The notes under the pieces were generated by a model. That model was not told the DNA's origin, ran no database searches, and was given only the letters and a program-made list of their open reading frames with translations. The translations under genes and the position numbers were made by a program. A stretch of DNA of 38,969 nucleotides from Malacoraja senta (lineage: Eukaryota): NCBI GenBank assembly GCA_038087875.1, contig JAXLNO010000426.1, positions 1 to 38,969 on the forward strand. The letters are read 5' to 3'. Shown piece by piece: positions 1 through 12,310 of the stretch. Position 1 is the stretch's first letter. Every line of letters begins with the position of its first letter.

Positions 1-243
1 AGCAGATCAGTGGGATTTTACTGTTCTGCTTAATTGCTAAGTCAGGGGAAGAAACAAAGCCTCCTGCAATCAAAAACCAAGAATTGCTGCCAGAGTACTG
101 TTTGTTCTGGAAGCAATTTAAGTTAAGGAAACAAATATCTTAATGCTTGGACCACTGAGGAAAGTATTAAAAATTCGCTACAGAGAAAGTTGTGGTAGAG
201 AACAATAATAACACCTTGTAAGTTGTACAACTGCTACTGTAAG

Positions 244-328
244 TAGCAACGTGTATGCGGTCAGGATCAAACCCAGTTCTCTGGTGCTATAAGGCAGTGA
301 CTCTACCAGCTGTTCCACTCTACTTCCC
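244..328 (-). mobile_element. HE1-type V-SINE 5' fragment (tRNA-derived head)
   Basis: Reverse complement resembles the head of the copy at 952 (GGTAGAG..CTGCCTTA.AGC.CCAGAGA.C.GGGTTTGATCCTGAC). Confidence 0.75.
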
Positions 329-951
329 TTTAAGAAGGATCTTCAAACAACTTTTTAATATATTAGGTGTGATGCTTCAAGGTTAAACATATTCTTGGAG
401 GAGTAATTACATGTTGAAGTATAATTCCGCATAAGAAGCATTGTAGAAATGATGACAAAATCTCATAATATTTGGGAAGATTCAGCAGAAAAATCGTTTA
501 GATTTTAATGCAGACTGTATGATAGGGGGATACTGAATGTTCTTCAGTTTGTCATAATTTCCTTCATTATTCAGCATTCAGATATTTAAAATTGCCTCAA
601 TGATTAATTATGCAGCTCCATCTTAAAACCTAATGATTCCGTTTTTTAGGACTATCAATCCTTTGCTCAGTGATTTACAAAAAAAACACCTTTGCTAAAC
701 TGGACATTACTGATGTTACATCAGATAGCCTGCTGTGTATGTCAAAGACTGTATGGTTTGTATGTGCATCTGGAAACGGCATTATAGGATATTAATAGTC
801 AGGCAACAATTCTAGAAAATTATTTTCTGACTGAGGGTTAACATGAAAATGTTCACCAATGCCATTTGCTCAATTGTTCCACCTGATAGTGCAGATTTTA
901 CCATTCTACAACTGAAAATCAAAATAAGAAGCATCAGTGTGTAAGAATTTA

Positions 952-1259
952 GGGTAGCACGGTAGCACAGTGGTAGAGCTTCTGCCTTACAGCGGCCAGA
1001 GACCCGGGTTTGATCCTGACTATGGGCCCTTTTCTGTACGGAGTTTGTACGTTCTCCCCGTGACCTATGTGGGTTTTCTCCGAAATCTTCGGTTTACTCC
1101 CACATTCTAAAGACGTACAGGTTTGTGGGTTAATTGGCTTGTTATAAAATGTAAAATTGCATGGAGTAGAGTTAATGTGCGGGGACTGCTGGTTTGTGTA
1201 CACTTGATGGGCTGAAGTGCCTGTTTCCGTGCTATATCTCTAAACTAATCTAAACTAAA
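952..1259 (+). mobile_element. HE1-type V-SINE, full length
   Basis: tRNA-like head with A/B boxes (GGTAGCACAGTGG, GGTTTGATCC), central TTCTCCCCGTGACC...CCCACATTC domain, CR1-like tail ending in (CTAAA)n; closely similar to 10620-10943. Confidence 0.9.
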
Positions 1260-1433
1260 TGAAGAGAATGCATGTGTGGACTGTAAAAATGCCCTGAATT
1301 ATCTCTCACATTTATTTTTTCTTGCTTCATTTGCAGATGTTTTGTTCAAATTATTTTTAATTGAACTTACTTTCTCCACTACAAATCTAGACATTCTTCT
1401 CCACAGTAAAACATGGTATCTTTTTACACAATC

Positions 1434-1801
1434 CACATAGAGACATAGAGTGAAACAGCATTGTAACAGGCTCTTCAGCCCAACCTGCCCGCACTGGCAC
1501 GTCCCAGCTACATTAGTCCCACCTGCCTGCGCTTGGTCCATATCCATAAACCTGTCCTATCCATGTACCAGGTCTAACTGTTTCCTAAACGATGTGATAG
1601 TCCCAGCCTCAAACTACCTCCTCTGGCAGCTTGTTCCATACACCCACAACCATTTGTGAGAAAAAGTTACCACTCAGATTCCTATTAAATCTTTTCCCCC
1701 TTCACCTTGAACCTCTGTCCTCTGGTCCTCGATTCCGTAACTCTGGGCAAGAAACTCTGTGCATCTACCCGATCTATTCCTCTCGTGATATTGTACACCT
1801 T
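1434..1801 (-). mobile_element. CR1 LINE 3' end fragment
   Basis: Reverse complement encodes CR1 ORF2 C-terminus-like sequence (GKLFLTNGCG, equivalent to FFTQRVV) followed by the CR1 3' UTR. Confidence 0.8.
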
Positions 1802-1945
1802 TGCACATCTTTGCTTATTAAGTTTAAAGAATTACATGAAAGTTAAAACTGAAAATGTTTTGCACAAAATAGTTCATTGATGCACACACATTTACTTAAT
1901 ATCCCTCCCTTCTTCATCCTGGGATATAAGAATTCAAACTTGGAG

Positions 1946-2041
1946 GATAGACGCAAAATGCTGGAGCAACTCAGCGGGACAGTCAGCATCTGTGGAGAGA
2001 AGAAATGGGTAATGTTTTGGGTTGAGACCCTTCTTTGGACA
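1946..2041 (-). mobile_element. Penelope-like terminal repeat remnant (degenerate hammerhead motif)
   Basis: GACGCAAAATGCTGGAGCAACTCAGCGGG...GGGTTGAGACCCTTCTT is the reverse complement of the repeat ending the GIY-YIG fragment at 33600-33693. Confidence 0.75.
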
Positions 2042-2522
2042 GGAAAACCTACAGAAATTCAATCCAGATTACATTTGTGAAACCTCAGCAAATTGGTCAG
2101 GCATTAGAATGTGTCTTTGTGAATTGCCCAATGTCATCCAGAACAATTATCATTGTATCATCATGTATTTGTTTAAATTGTTCCAGGTATACGTGGCAGA
2201 GTATAGTAACTGACTAATGTATTACAAATAATGATTTCAGGTCTAGTTTTGAGGCGGAAGAAGATCAAGTTCAGGCCTAAAAATACATCCACTTGAACCT
2301 GCCTCATCTGACATCTACCAATAAATATTGTATTCTGGCTAAGCCTCACAAAAGTGTACAGCCAGGAATTCCTGCATTATTGTTTTGCAAATAAAGGGCA
2401 GAAATCGTCTTGCATCCAGGAATGCATGACTAATTAGCAGATTCATTAATTATTTTAATAATAATAATAGGTTTTGATAATGATAACATTGGGCTCAGCA
2501 GCACCAGTTTGTGTAACTGTTA

Positions 2523-2659
2523 AGGGGCTGTCCCACTGCGGCAACCTAATCCGCGAGTTAAGAAGAGTGCCTTCGATCTTCAAGCTCTAGGGCACTCGCC
2601 TGGAAAACCTCGAACTGGATCGACCGTCCGCATTGAAACCGTGAGCTGGATTGACCGAC

Positions 2660-2703
<44 letters not shown>

Positions 2704-3318
2704 AATCGCAAAGGCGGGGCCAGGGAAAGCAGGGAGTGCTGTCTGAAATTCACACCTGCAATGAAGAGGAAGGTAAACGGCTGCCTCAGTGTACGGTGAG
2801 TCCTTTAGAGAGTGCGGGGGGGGGGGGAAGAGAGAGAGAGGGAGAGAAGGGGAGAGAGGGGGAGAGAAGGGGAGAGAAAGGGGAGAGAAAGGGGGGAGAA
2901 GAGGGGGAGACACTTTTAAGAAGTATAATAAAGTTTAGCGGGCATTTTACCTACCGGTCGGTTTTCCCTGGTCCTGAAAACTCCAATGAGCCAATCAAAA
3001 TGCCCGGTCAGCGAAGGAGATTGCCTACGGCTGCCCTCGACTGCCTGTAACTACATAGCGACCCAACTCCACTGCACTACGAGTCAAAAAGAACCACGTC
3101 GACCAAATTTTACTCGCGGAAAGTTTTTCAACATGCTGAAATTTTTTCCGCGACCTAGCTGAGGCCGCGAGTATTCGGGAACTTCCCTCGAGCATGAAGG
3201 AGAGTTCCAGTGACCTCATAGGACATCCTAGGACCTCGTGTCGACCATGCTGTGAGTTTGAGTCGAGGGCAAACTCGTCTAAACTGGCAGATTAGATCGC
3301 CGCAGTGGGTCAGCCCCT
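2523..3318. mobile_element. Non-autonomous PIF/Harbinger-type MITE
   Basis: TIRs AGGGGCTGTCCCACTGCGGC / GCCGCAGTGGGTCAGCCCCT, flanked by TTA (2520-2522, 3319-3321); no transposase; internal (CA)n and GA-rich tract. Confidence 0.85.
2662..2699. repeat. (CA)n microsatellite inside the MITE
   Basis: Direct reading. Confidence 0.95.
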
Positions 3319-3719
3319 TTAGTTACCAAATAATTTATTGTAGATTTTTTTCTAATACCATGTATTTTGTGCACGTTTGAAGTTTCAGCATGATAATGAT
3401 TCATCTGGGTGATGTAGAAGTGTATCATTAGTGATCTAAAGTCTTGTGAACAAGTAGTTGCTTTCAGATATTTTGGATATTGTGGGCTTTTCTTGGCTTT
3501 GAGTACACCACGGGAAAAGAATAAAGGGCCATGGAAAACAGAGGATGGGGTGCAATGAGGAGTGGTAAAGGTTCACAGCGAAAGCATGTCTTTGGAGAGC
3601 TTTGAAGATGCAACCGTTTCACCTGAAGAACATTGTAAATAGAAAATACAGTAGGAATCTGTGACTAAAATTCTTATTAGTGCTGCTCCAAATTCAGAGT
3701 TAGTCAAGGACCATATTTC

Positions 3720-3841
3720 CGTGAAAGTCCTGAAGGAGGAAGTCCATGTGGTCACATGGTGAACGTGCAAACTCTGCACAGATAGCATCCGTGACAGCAT
3801 CAAGACCAGGTTTCTAGTTCTGCGAGGCAGCTGCTCTACCA
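3720..3841 (-). mobile_element. Degenerate HE1-type SINE fragment
   Basis: GGTCACATGGTGAACGTGCAAACTCTGCACAGATAGCA...GGCAGCTGCTCTACC is the reverse complement of the SINE head and body. Confidence 0.7.
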
Positions 3842-3884
3842 ATTAATGCCATTGAACTGAAAGGCTTTCCAGATCAGGGAGATG

Positions 3885-4470
3885 CAGCAGTTAGTGATGC
3901 AGCAGTCAATGTCACTAACTGCACTGTTCCTATGGCTTGCAGTTACTTTAGTCATGCCTGCAGGTGCTGCCAGTGCTTGCATAGACCTCTTATGTCTGCA
4001 TGGGTTTCCTCTCACGTTGCCAAGATGTACATGAAGGTTAACTGGTTATTGCATTGGTGTGACTGAATTGCAGAAGAATCTGGGGCGAGTTGGTTGATGG
4101 ACTGGAGAGGAGAGGGGTGGCTTGCTGGTGAATCGTATGAGGGGGAGAGGTGGTCAGGCCACTGGGAACAAAGAGGGACCCAGCGGAGAGGAGGCTGGGG
4201 ATCACTGAGAAAAACGTGGGACCACCGGGACTATAATTACTTAGTAGCTTTGTCGGCGCCAGGTACGTGGCGACTCTTTGTGCGTACTTTGTGCATTGTT
4301 TGCAAAAACAAAGTATTTCACTGCACATAGGTATATGTGACAATGAAGTCTAATTGAATCATTGAGTTGATGGTCATATGAGAGAGGGAAATAAGTTGGA
4401 GAATAGGTCTGATAGGTTGCTCTGAGAGCCGTGTAGACTCAATGGGCTGAATAGCCTCCTTCCATGTCAT
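3885..4470 (+). mobile_element. Degenerate V-SINE interrupted by a short element with a Rex/Babar-like tail (~4100-4360)
   Basis: GCATGGGTTTCCTC...AGGTTAACTGG body; insert ends TATTTCACTGCACATAGGTATATGTGACAAT, similar to the tail near 12275; CR1-like tail GGGCTGAATAGCCTCCTTCC at ~4445. Confidence 0.5.
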
Positions 4471-4479
4471 AAGTAAACT

Positions 4480-4760
4480 AATATCTTAGAGGGCAGTGAA
4501 GAATCAATCAAATTGCTGAGAACAGAACCCAAATAAGGTAAGAAAGTCAGATTGCCTCCCTGAAGGATATCAGTGAGCCAGATGTTATTTCTTTGACAAT
4601 TCATTAACTTTGTTGTAACCATATTAGCATATTAATTCCAGATTTATTCAATTACTTCAATTTAAATTCTCCAGCTACCCAGGTGAGATTTGAATGAATG
4701 CCTCCAGATCAATAGTCTGAGCCTCTCGATACCATTCCAGTAACTTATTCATTACTCTAC
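4480..4760 (-). mobile_element. Old tRNA-headed SINE remnant
   Basis: CAGATTGCCTCCCTGAAGGATATCAGTGAGCCAGATG...TTAATTCCAGATTTATT resembles the reverse complement of a widespread shark SINE; recognised from memory, family name not certain. Confidence 0.55.
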
Positions 4761-6039
4761 TAAACAAGGGCATGCTTGAGTTGTAGACTCTCCGTGATGT
4801 CGGATTCCATTTACTGCATGCAGCTCGTATTACATGTGCCTCATGAGAAGATGCTGTTTACCTACACTGATGTTAACACCATCCCTTCAATGTGCAGCTA
4901 AGAAATGACCAAAGCCCTCATAAGAGGTCAAAGGCTGTTATCCTAGCGACAGTCATGATTAATTTATTCTGCAGTAGTTCTCTTTATAAGCCACCATGAC
5001 AAATCAGAGTGGCAATCAATCTGCAACCCCGTCGGCCTATTATTCTTTCTTGATCACTTAATCACAAACTCCCAATGAGATGTCAATTATCTTAATTGTT
5101 CCACTCTATTCATCCACATATTAAATACGCTATGCATATCTCTTAAGAATTACAAGACTAGAATTGGATTCCTGGAGTTGTTACCCATATAGTTTTACTA
5201 TACTGCTGACATAGTCATCAAAATCAAGTTCAGGCAAGCTCAAGTAGACCAGTGTACAACTTTCCAGTACAGTGCAAAGATCTTGAAGGAAATGTTTTCC
5301 CCATGATCAGTCAATGTTGAGTCTTCCCTTTTAAGAGATGTAACTAGCTTTAAGCAATGGAACCACTGCTGTTCTGCCAGTTAATGATCATTGCAGCCAG
5401 CAGTAAATATGCAATGAGCAGGAACATAGAGATGTGATAATAACCAAAGGGAATGGTTTAATTGCGCACTGTGATCTCCATATTCATTCTTGGAGGTTAT
5501 CTACTTCAACTTCCCAGTCCTTAAATAATATATGTTATTAAGAATCTCTATTTCATTCATTCTAATGTAAATCTCCTTTCTTCCACATTTTGACATTTTC
5601 CTTGAGCTGGCCTTTGTCTTGCAATAGTGCAGGTGATTAACTTCAGTATTATTAAAGAATGAGAACCAAGAAGTTGGTTTCATAGAAGCTTGTAGATTGC
5701 AAAATACAGATTAAGAGGAAAATAGCAATCAATAGCAATGTTAAACACGTGTAAATGATAATTACAGAAACAGTCATTCCATTTTGAGGAAGTTGGTTTC
5801 GTTGAGACTTGCAGAATAGTTTCAATGGACCTTGTGCAGTGAGGTGGTATTGACATGACACCATTTTTTGAATCCAGAACCAGCATAAAACTAGAGTGTG
5901 GATCCCATGTTGTGCAAGTTAGCACAATACTAAGCCTTAAGCTTTCTTCCATACAGTTGCCCTAGTTCTTGACAGCAATCCTGCCATCTCCACAGTTTTT
6001 CTATCAAATTGGGCACTGAGTTATGTGCATTACAGGAAA

Positions 6040-6240
6040 TACCACAAACACAAGTGGCCTGGGATGCAGTTGGAGCAGGAGGGCAAGATTGTTCTCATGG
6101 AGTATTCTTTCTTCTCCTGAATCCACAGCAAACTGCAACAAAGAAAAATGCGATTTCTGCTGGCAGCTATTGCTTGGTGTGAAGAAGTTCCTGAAGACTT
6201 GACTGCAGCATTCATCACCTTTCCATTCTTAAAAGAGAAA
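6040..6240 (+). mobile_element. Probable old RTE-type LINE RT fragment
   Basis: Translation WCEEVPEDLTAAFITF resembles the RTE RT motif W.EE.IP.D.RDA.IVTIFKKG; highly decayed. Confidence 0.35.
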
Positions 6241-7066
6241 TTCAAAAATGTGTTAGGCTTAATGACCAATAAAATCATGGAGCCACAAAGCATGGAAACA
6301 TGCCCTTCACCCAACTTGCCCAAGATGCCCCATCTCCACAAGCCCCACATGTGTTTTGCCAATATCCCTCCAAACCTTTCCTATCCATGTGCTCTGTAAA
6401 ATGCCTAGTTCCTGTTGCTGGCAACCATCTGGTATTCCTGAAAAAAACTTTATCAATTATACTGAGACTTGTAGTAAAGGTATACTTCAGATATTGCACA
6501 TTGTATTTCAGACTTTGTTGTTACCTGTTTTGTAACTTCAAAACAGGGGCAGCAGGCTTTAGTTCCTGACCCATGGTGCAATCAAGGGTATCATCTGAAA
6601 TCAAGATCAAAGAGGATAATTTTTAGGGATCAAAAGCAGAGCTGGCAAATCAGATTAATTGATTAGTCATTTGAGATGCAATATTAGAGAGTTCAATGGA
6701 TCTTGCAGAATGCATAGAATAGATAAATTCCAATGTGAAATTAAAATTAAAAGGGGACAATTTTTCATCTGTGGACAACTAAAAATATATAGTTCAAATA
6801 TAAAGAAAAAAACACAATTGCTCAAAGACAGGCAGCAAGGTAGCATATGCAAAAAGTCAGAACATATACACAATGCAAAGAATGACTAAAAGTTACAAAG
6901 GAGGGACAATTGAAACAATGACAAAACAAAACTGAAATGTAAAGTGAGAGTTTCCATCAGTATTTTTTAAAGATAAGAGTTAACAATAATAGTCCCTGAG
7001 CCTCCTGTTCACCATGTAATAAAGTCCTACCCTGCCCAACCTCTCCCGACAGCTCGGCCATTGAGT

Positions 7067-7213
7067 TAGGTGACATTTCGGGTCGGAAGAGGAATTCTGA
7101 CCCGAAACGTTACTAACTTTTTTCTCTGGAGATGCTGCCTGACCTGTTGAGTTATTGCAGCACTTTGTGTCTATCTTTGGTATAAACCAGCATCTGCAGT
7201 TCCTTTCTATACA
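7067..7213 (+). mobile_element. Penelope-like terminal repeat, partly palindromic
   Basis: GACATTTCGGGTC...GACCCGAAACGTTAC...GATGCTGCCTGACCTGTTGAGTTA. Confidence 0.75.
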
Positions 7214-8084
7214 TTCTCGTTAATCTTCTCTGAACTCTTTCAGCTTACTGTAATTGCCCCTTTCCCATTGCAAGGTGAATCAAACTGAACACAATACTCC
7301 AAGTGCAAACTCACCAATGTTTTTGCAGCCTTATCATAATGTCCCAACTCTCATACAGTTCCCTGACAGATAAATACCAGCGGGCCAAAATTCATCCTCA
7401 CCATGCTATCTACTTGTGATGTCATTTGATGGAAACTACAGTTTGTACATGTACTAGAGCCCTCTGTTCTTCAACACTCCCAGGGTGCTACCATACACTG
7501 TGAAGGACCTACCATGGTTCAACTGACCAAAATGCAACACCTCACACTTATCTAACATAAACTCCATTAGATAATCAAAATCCTGCCGTGGTTCTTGATA
7601 ACCATTTTCACTGTCCACAACACAACCTATTTTAGTGTAATCTGGAAACCTATTAATCATGCCTTGTATATTGCCATCCAAATCATTGATATTTATGCAA
7701 ACAACAACGTGTCCAGCCCTGATCCCTGAGGCACACCACTAGTTACAGTCTTCCAGTCCAAGAAACAACCTTCCATCAACCTTCCTACAATGAAGCTAAT
7801 GAATCCAGTTAGCTCTCCCTGGATCCCATGTGACCTAAGATTCCAGAGCAGCCTACCATGAGGAACCTTATCAAAGGCCTCGTTGATGTCCATTTTGACT
7901 GTCTACAGCCCTGCCCTCATCAACCTTCTTGGTCACCTTTCAAAATAACCCAATCAAATTAATGAGACATATATTCACATGTACAAAGCTATCCCTAATC
8001 AACTACAGTCTTTCCAAATGCATAGCAATGTTATCCCTCAGAATCCTTTTGAGTAAAACTTTCCTATCACAGATTTTAGGCTCA

Positions 8085-8827
8085 AGGGCCTGTCCCACTT
8101 AGGTGACTTTTTAGGTGAGTGCAGGAGACTCTGCGCTTGCCTCATGATCGCTACATGGTCGCCACATGTTTGCTGGTGGTCTTTGGTGAGTCTACTTTAT
8201 GGTCGAGAGGAGTTCCTGCATTCTGGAAACTAGTCGCGGTCTCAGAATGGTTGCAGCAAATTTTTCAAACATGTTGAAAAATCTTCTGCGACCAAAAATT
8301 GGGCGCCATGGAGAAAATCGATACTTTTGTAATCATAGGTGCAGTGGTAGTGGAGTCGCCATGTCGCTGTAGGCAGTCGAGGTAGCCGTAGTCTCCTTTG
8401 CTGACCGGGCATTTTCATTGGCTCATTTGGGGAAAAACAAACGTAAGCACAAGTTTTCAGAACCAAGGAAAACCGACCGGTAATGTTAAATGCCCGCTAA
8501 ACTTCACAGCTATGTATATCTGGCTTCTTAAAAGTTATCTGGCTTCTTAAAAGTGTCTCCACTCCTTCTCCCCCTTCTTCAACCTTCCAGTTCATCGTGG
8601 TGTGTGTCTGTATCACCTTGGCTTTGCATCATGTGAATTTCAGACAGCGCTCCCCGCTTTCCCTGGCCCCCGCCTATACAATGTGTTTATGTGTGTGTGT
8701 GTGTGTGTTCCATTCTGACAGTCGCCGTTCCAGTTTGCGGTTTCAGTTCGCGGTTTTTCAGGCAAGTGCCTCGAGCTTGAAGGTCGCAGGCAGTCTGCTG
8801 AAAAGTCGCCTAAGTGGGACAGGCCCT
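8085..8827. mobile_element. Non-autonomous PIF/Harbinger-type MITE related to 2523-3318, opposite orientation
   Basis: TIRs AGGGCCTGTCCCACTTAGG / CCTAAGTGGGACAGGCCCT, flanks TCA/TTA; internal GCTGACCGGGCATTTTCATTGGCTCATT is the reverse complement of ~2985-3012. Confidence 0.85.
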
Positions 8828-9015
8828 TTACTGGTCTATAATTCCCAGTTTTTTTTCTATGCAGCCCTTTTTAAATACAGGCGCAACATTAGCCACCGTC
8901 CAGTCTTCTAGCTTTTCTTCCGTGTGTAAAAATTATTCATACAGTATATCTCAACTAGAATTCCTGCAATTTCTTCTTTAATTTTCCACAGTATTCTTGG
9001 ATATATCTAAATTTG

Positions 9016-9945
9016 TAGATTACACTAAAGTGAGTAGTATTGTAGGTAATGAACATGGTTCAAAAAGTTACAGCAGTAAGTTGACCAGCTCGGTAAGTAA
9101 ACTGAGGAATGGTTAATGGAGTTTAATGCAGCTAAGTGCAAGGTGTTAAATTTTGGGAAGTCAAGCAAAGGCAGGACATTTACAGTGAATAGTGGGGCCC
9201 TGGAGAGTGTTGCAAGCAGAACGATCTGGGAATACAGGTACATAATTCCTTGAAAGTGGCTTCGCAGGTTGATAGGTTGGTAAAGAAGGCGTTCAGTACA
9301 TTGACCTTCATCAGTCAGGGTATTGACTGTAGAAGTTGAGATGTAAGGTTACAGTTGTACAACACACTGGTGAGGCTGCATTTGGAGTATTCTGTCCAGA
9401 TGTCATATGTTGAAGGTGAGAGGGGAACGATTTACTAGGAATCTGAGGAATAACCTTTTTACACTGAGGTATATGGTGCACTGAGAAAGGTACTATAACA
9501 ACATTTAAAAGACATTTGGATAGGTACATGGAGAAATTAAATAATTACAGATGGTGGTTAATACACAAAAGGACACTCAGGTTAGAGTAGCTCAGACAAA
9601 GAGTAACTCAACAGGTCAAGCAGCATCTCTGGAGAACATGGATAGGTGACATTTCAGAGTTCTGGAGTAACTCAGCAGGTCAGGCAGCATCTTTGGAGAA
9701 CATGGATAAGCTTTCATATCTGAAGAAGGGTCTCGACTCAAAACATCACCTCTCCATGTTCTCCAGAAATGCTGCTGGATCTGCTGTGTTACTCCAGCAC
9801 TTTGTATGGACAGGTTCATAGATAGGAAATGTTCAGAGGAATATGGGCCAAGGTGGGCAGGCGGGACTAGCGTAGATGGGGCATCATGGTCAGCATGGAC
9901 AAATTGGGCCAAAGAGCCTGTTTCCATGCTGTATGATTCTCTGAT
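9016..9945 (+). mobile_element. Decayed CR1 3' portion interrupted by a Penelope repeat cluster (~9560-9805)
   Basis: Begins at KFVDYTK (KFADDTK-like) and ends in a CR1 3' UTR (GGGCCAAAGAGCCTGTTTCCATGCTGTATGATTCT); CTGAAGAAGGGTCTCGAC at 9720. Confidence 0.75.
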
Positions 9946-10114
9946 CAGGCCCAGGGTATTTATCTACCCTCGTTCATCTCAGGAAGTTTAACACCTCCTC
10001 AATTGTAATACAAACTGTCCTTAAGACTTCTCTATTAACTTCTCCAAGTTCCCTTTCTTTATATCTTTCTCTGTGGTAAAGAACAAAGGAGAAATATTCA
10101 TTGAGGAACTTTAT

Positions 10115-10410
10115 TAAAAATTAGAATGCAAGAATATACTGACCAGTTAGCTTTACATTTGTAATATGGAAAATGTTAGCAGCTATTATTAAAAACATTA
10201 TGGCAGGGCACTTAGAAAAATCAGGCACAGTTAACATGGTCTTGTGAAAGGGAAATCATGTTTGACCTATTTAATGGAGTTATTTGAAGAAGTAACATGT
10301 GCTGTAGTTAAAAGTGAGGCAGTTGATGTATTATACAAATGATGGAGCGCAGCATTAAAGATTATTATGCAAATTAAAATCTCATGGTGTCAAAATTAAC
10401 ACATTAGAAT
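10115..10410 (+). mobile_element. Old CR1 RT fragment (continues at ~11460-11500 and 12388-12657)
   Basis: Translation resembles YRPVSLT...QHGFVKGKSCLTNLMEFFEEVT. Confidence 0.65.
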
Positions 10411-10619
10411 CATACTAGACGCATTGAGTTGTACAGCACAGAAACAGGTCAATTTGCCCATTCCTCCTGTAATGCCTACTGGCTCACATTTTGCTGTCTG
10501 AGTAAAATAATTACATTAGTCATCCTCCAGTCTTCTGGTAACAAATCTGTGGCTAATACAGATGCAGTTAGAATCCCAGCTATCTGCTTTCATTCTTGTC
10601 AAAGTATACTGGGATAAAT

Positions 10620-10943
10620 GGGTGGCACGGTGGCACAGCAGTAGAGTTGCTGCCTTACAGCCCTTACAACACCAAAGACCCGTGTTCGATCCTGACTACA
10701 GGTGCTGTCTGTACGGAGTCTTTTTCGTTCTCCCCGTGACCTGCGTGGGTTTTCGTTGAGATCTTCGGTTTCCCCCCACATTCCAAAGTTGTACAGGTTT
10801 ATAGGTTAATTGGCTTGTCTTAAATGTAAATTGTCCCTAGTGTGTGTAGGGTAGTGTTAATATGCGGGGTCGCTGGTCGGTGCGGACTCGGTGGGCCGAA
10901 GGGCCTGTTTCTGCGCTGTATCTATAAACTAAACTAAACTAAA
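10620..10943 (+). mobile_element. HE1-type V-SINE, full length
   Basis: GGGTGGCACGGTGGCACAGCAGTAGAG head, GTGTTCGATCC B box, tail GGGCCGAAGGGCCTGTTTCTGCGCTGTATCT followed by (AAACT)n. Confidence 0.92.
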
Positions 10944-11420
10944 TCCCTTCTGGCCCTGGGGATTATTCTATCTTATTGTGACCCAAAATCTCGAACACTT
11001 CCCCCCTTTCAGTTCCAGAATATAGGTGTGTGCCCCTCCCTAATTCTTCATCGTCCAAAACCTTCTCTCTGCTGAATACCAACGATAAGTATTAGTTTAG
11101 GATCCCACTAATATCTCCTGATCCTAAACATAAATTTTGGTTTTGGTCCATGAGGGGACCAACTCATTCCCTCCTACCATCTTGCTTCTAATGCTTATAA
11201 GAAGTTTGGTGATTCTCCTTAATCCTGCTGATCAAGGCCATTTCATGTCCTCTTTTAGCCCATCTATGTTCTTACATTTTCTCCTCTATTTGCTATACCT
11301 GTGAGTTTAAAGGACACACTCGATGCCAAATACAATTACCCGTCATAGGCTTCCTTCTTGTTTCTAAGCATGGCTTCAATTTCATTTGTTAACCAAGATT
11401 TCCTATTCTTATCATCTCCC
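10944..11420 (-). mobile_element. Old CR1 ORF2 internal fragment
   Basis: Reverse complement has CR1 tether and RT-start-like motifs (SPGPEG at the left end). Confidence 0.55.
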
Positions 11421-11578
11421 ATTACCACTTGTCATCTTATCATTGGTGTGAATTTAAGGTTGACCGGGTAATGGGAAAGAGAGAGTAAACATAAATGGGT
11501 AGGTGCAAGGAAGTGCAGATGTTGGTTTACAAAAAAAAGGCACAAAGTGCTGGATTAACTGAGTGGGTAAGGCAGCAG

Positions 11579-12310
11579 TAAGACAAGGAGATAGTGATCG
11601 ACTTCAGGAAGCAAAGGGGTACACATATTCCAGTTTGCATTGAGGCGCAGAAGCAGAGATGGTTGAAAGCTTCAATTCCTAGGAGTCAATATCACCAACA
11701 GCTTCTCCTAGACCACCCATATTGAAGCAACGACCAAGAAAGCACACCAACGTCTCTACCTCCTTCGAAGGCTTAGGAAGTTTGGCATGTCCCCTACAAC
11801 TCTCACCAACTTCTACAGATGCACCATAGAAAGCATTTTATCAGGATGCATCATAGCATGGTTTGCAAACAGCTCCATCCAGGACCGCAAGAAATTGCAG
11901 AGAATTGTGAACGCAGCCCAGACCATCACACAAACCAACCTACCTTCCATTGACTCCATGTATACCTCACGTTGCCTCACCAAGGCCAGCAGCATAATCA
12001 AGGACGAGTTGCACCCTGGCCACTTCTTCTTCTCCCCTCTTCCATCAGGCAAAAGGTATAGAAATGTGAAAACGCACACCTCCAGATTCAGGGACAGTTT
12101 CTTCCCAGCTTTTATCACACAGCTGAATCATCCTACCTCAACCAGAGAGCAGTCCTGAACTACTATCAATGTCATTGGTGACATTCGGATTGGAATTTAC
12201 TGGCTTTACCTTGCATTAAATGGCTCAATTGTCATGTATTGTCTTTCCTGGATAGCATGCAACAAAAGCTTTTCAGTGTACCTCGGTACACATGACAATA
12301 AATGAACTAA
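11579..12310 (+). mobile_element. Rex1/Babar-type LINE 3' part, inserted in a Penelope repeat (11504-11578 and 12311-12385)
   Basis: ORF 11787-12158 FYRCTIESILSGCI.AW...HPGH.FFSPLPSGKRYR...RFRDSFFP; tail TTTTCAGTGTACCTCGGTACACATGACAATAAA; host repeat rejoins at GGCAGCA|TCTCTGGA. Confidence 0.85.

Larger units (their letters stand above)
7010..9015 (-). mobile_element. Decayed CR1 ORF2 (RT) copy, interrupted by a Penelope repeat (7067-7213) and a MITE (8085-8827)
   Basis: ORFs 7693-7893 (AFDKVPHGRLL...VTSGVPQGS) and 7454-7681 (DKCEVLHFG); CR1 sequence GGCTCA|CTGGTCTA rejoins across the MITE. Confidence 0.85.

Noticed and set aside
952..1030. tRNA gene
   Set aside because: It is a SINE head: it runs into the V-SINE body and tail and recurs at 10620 and 34947.
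2587..3050. Low-complexity ORFs 2587-2913 and 2736-3050
   Set aside because: They arise from CA and GA-rich repeats inside the MITE.
6148..6399. ORF starting MRFLLAAIAWC as a secreted protein
   Set aside because: It is a chance fusion of an RTE-like remnant with an antisense CR1 tail.
7010..9530. Opposed CR1 pieces meeting at ~9015 as a twin-priming inversion
   Set aside because: The two pieces cover overlapping parts of ORF2 (both include the FADD region onward), which favours separate insertions.
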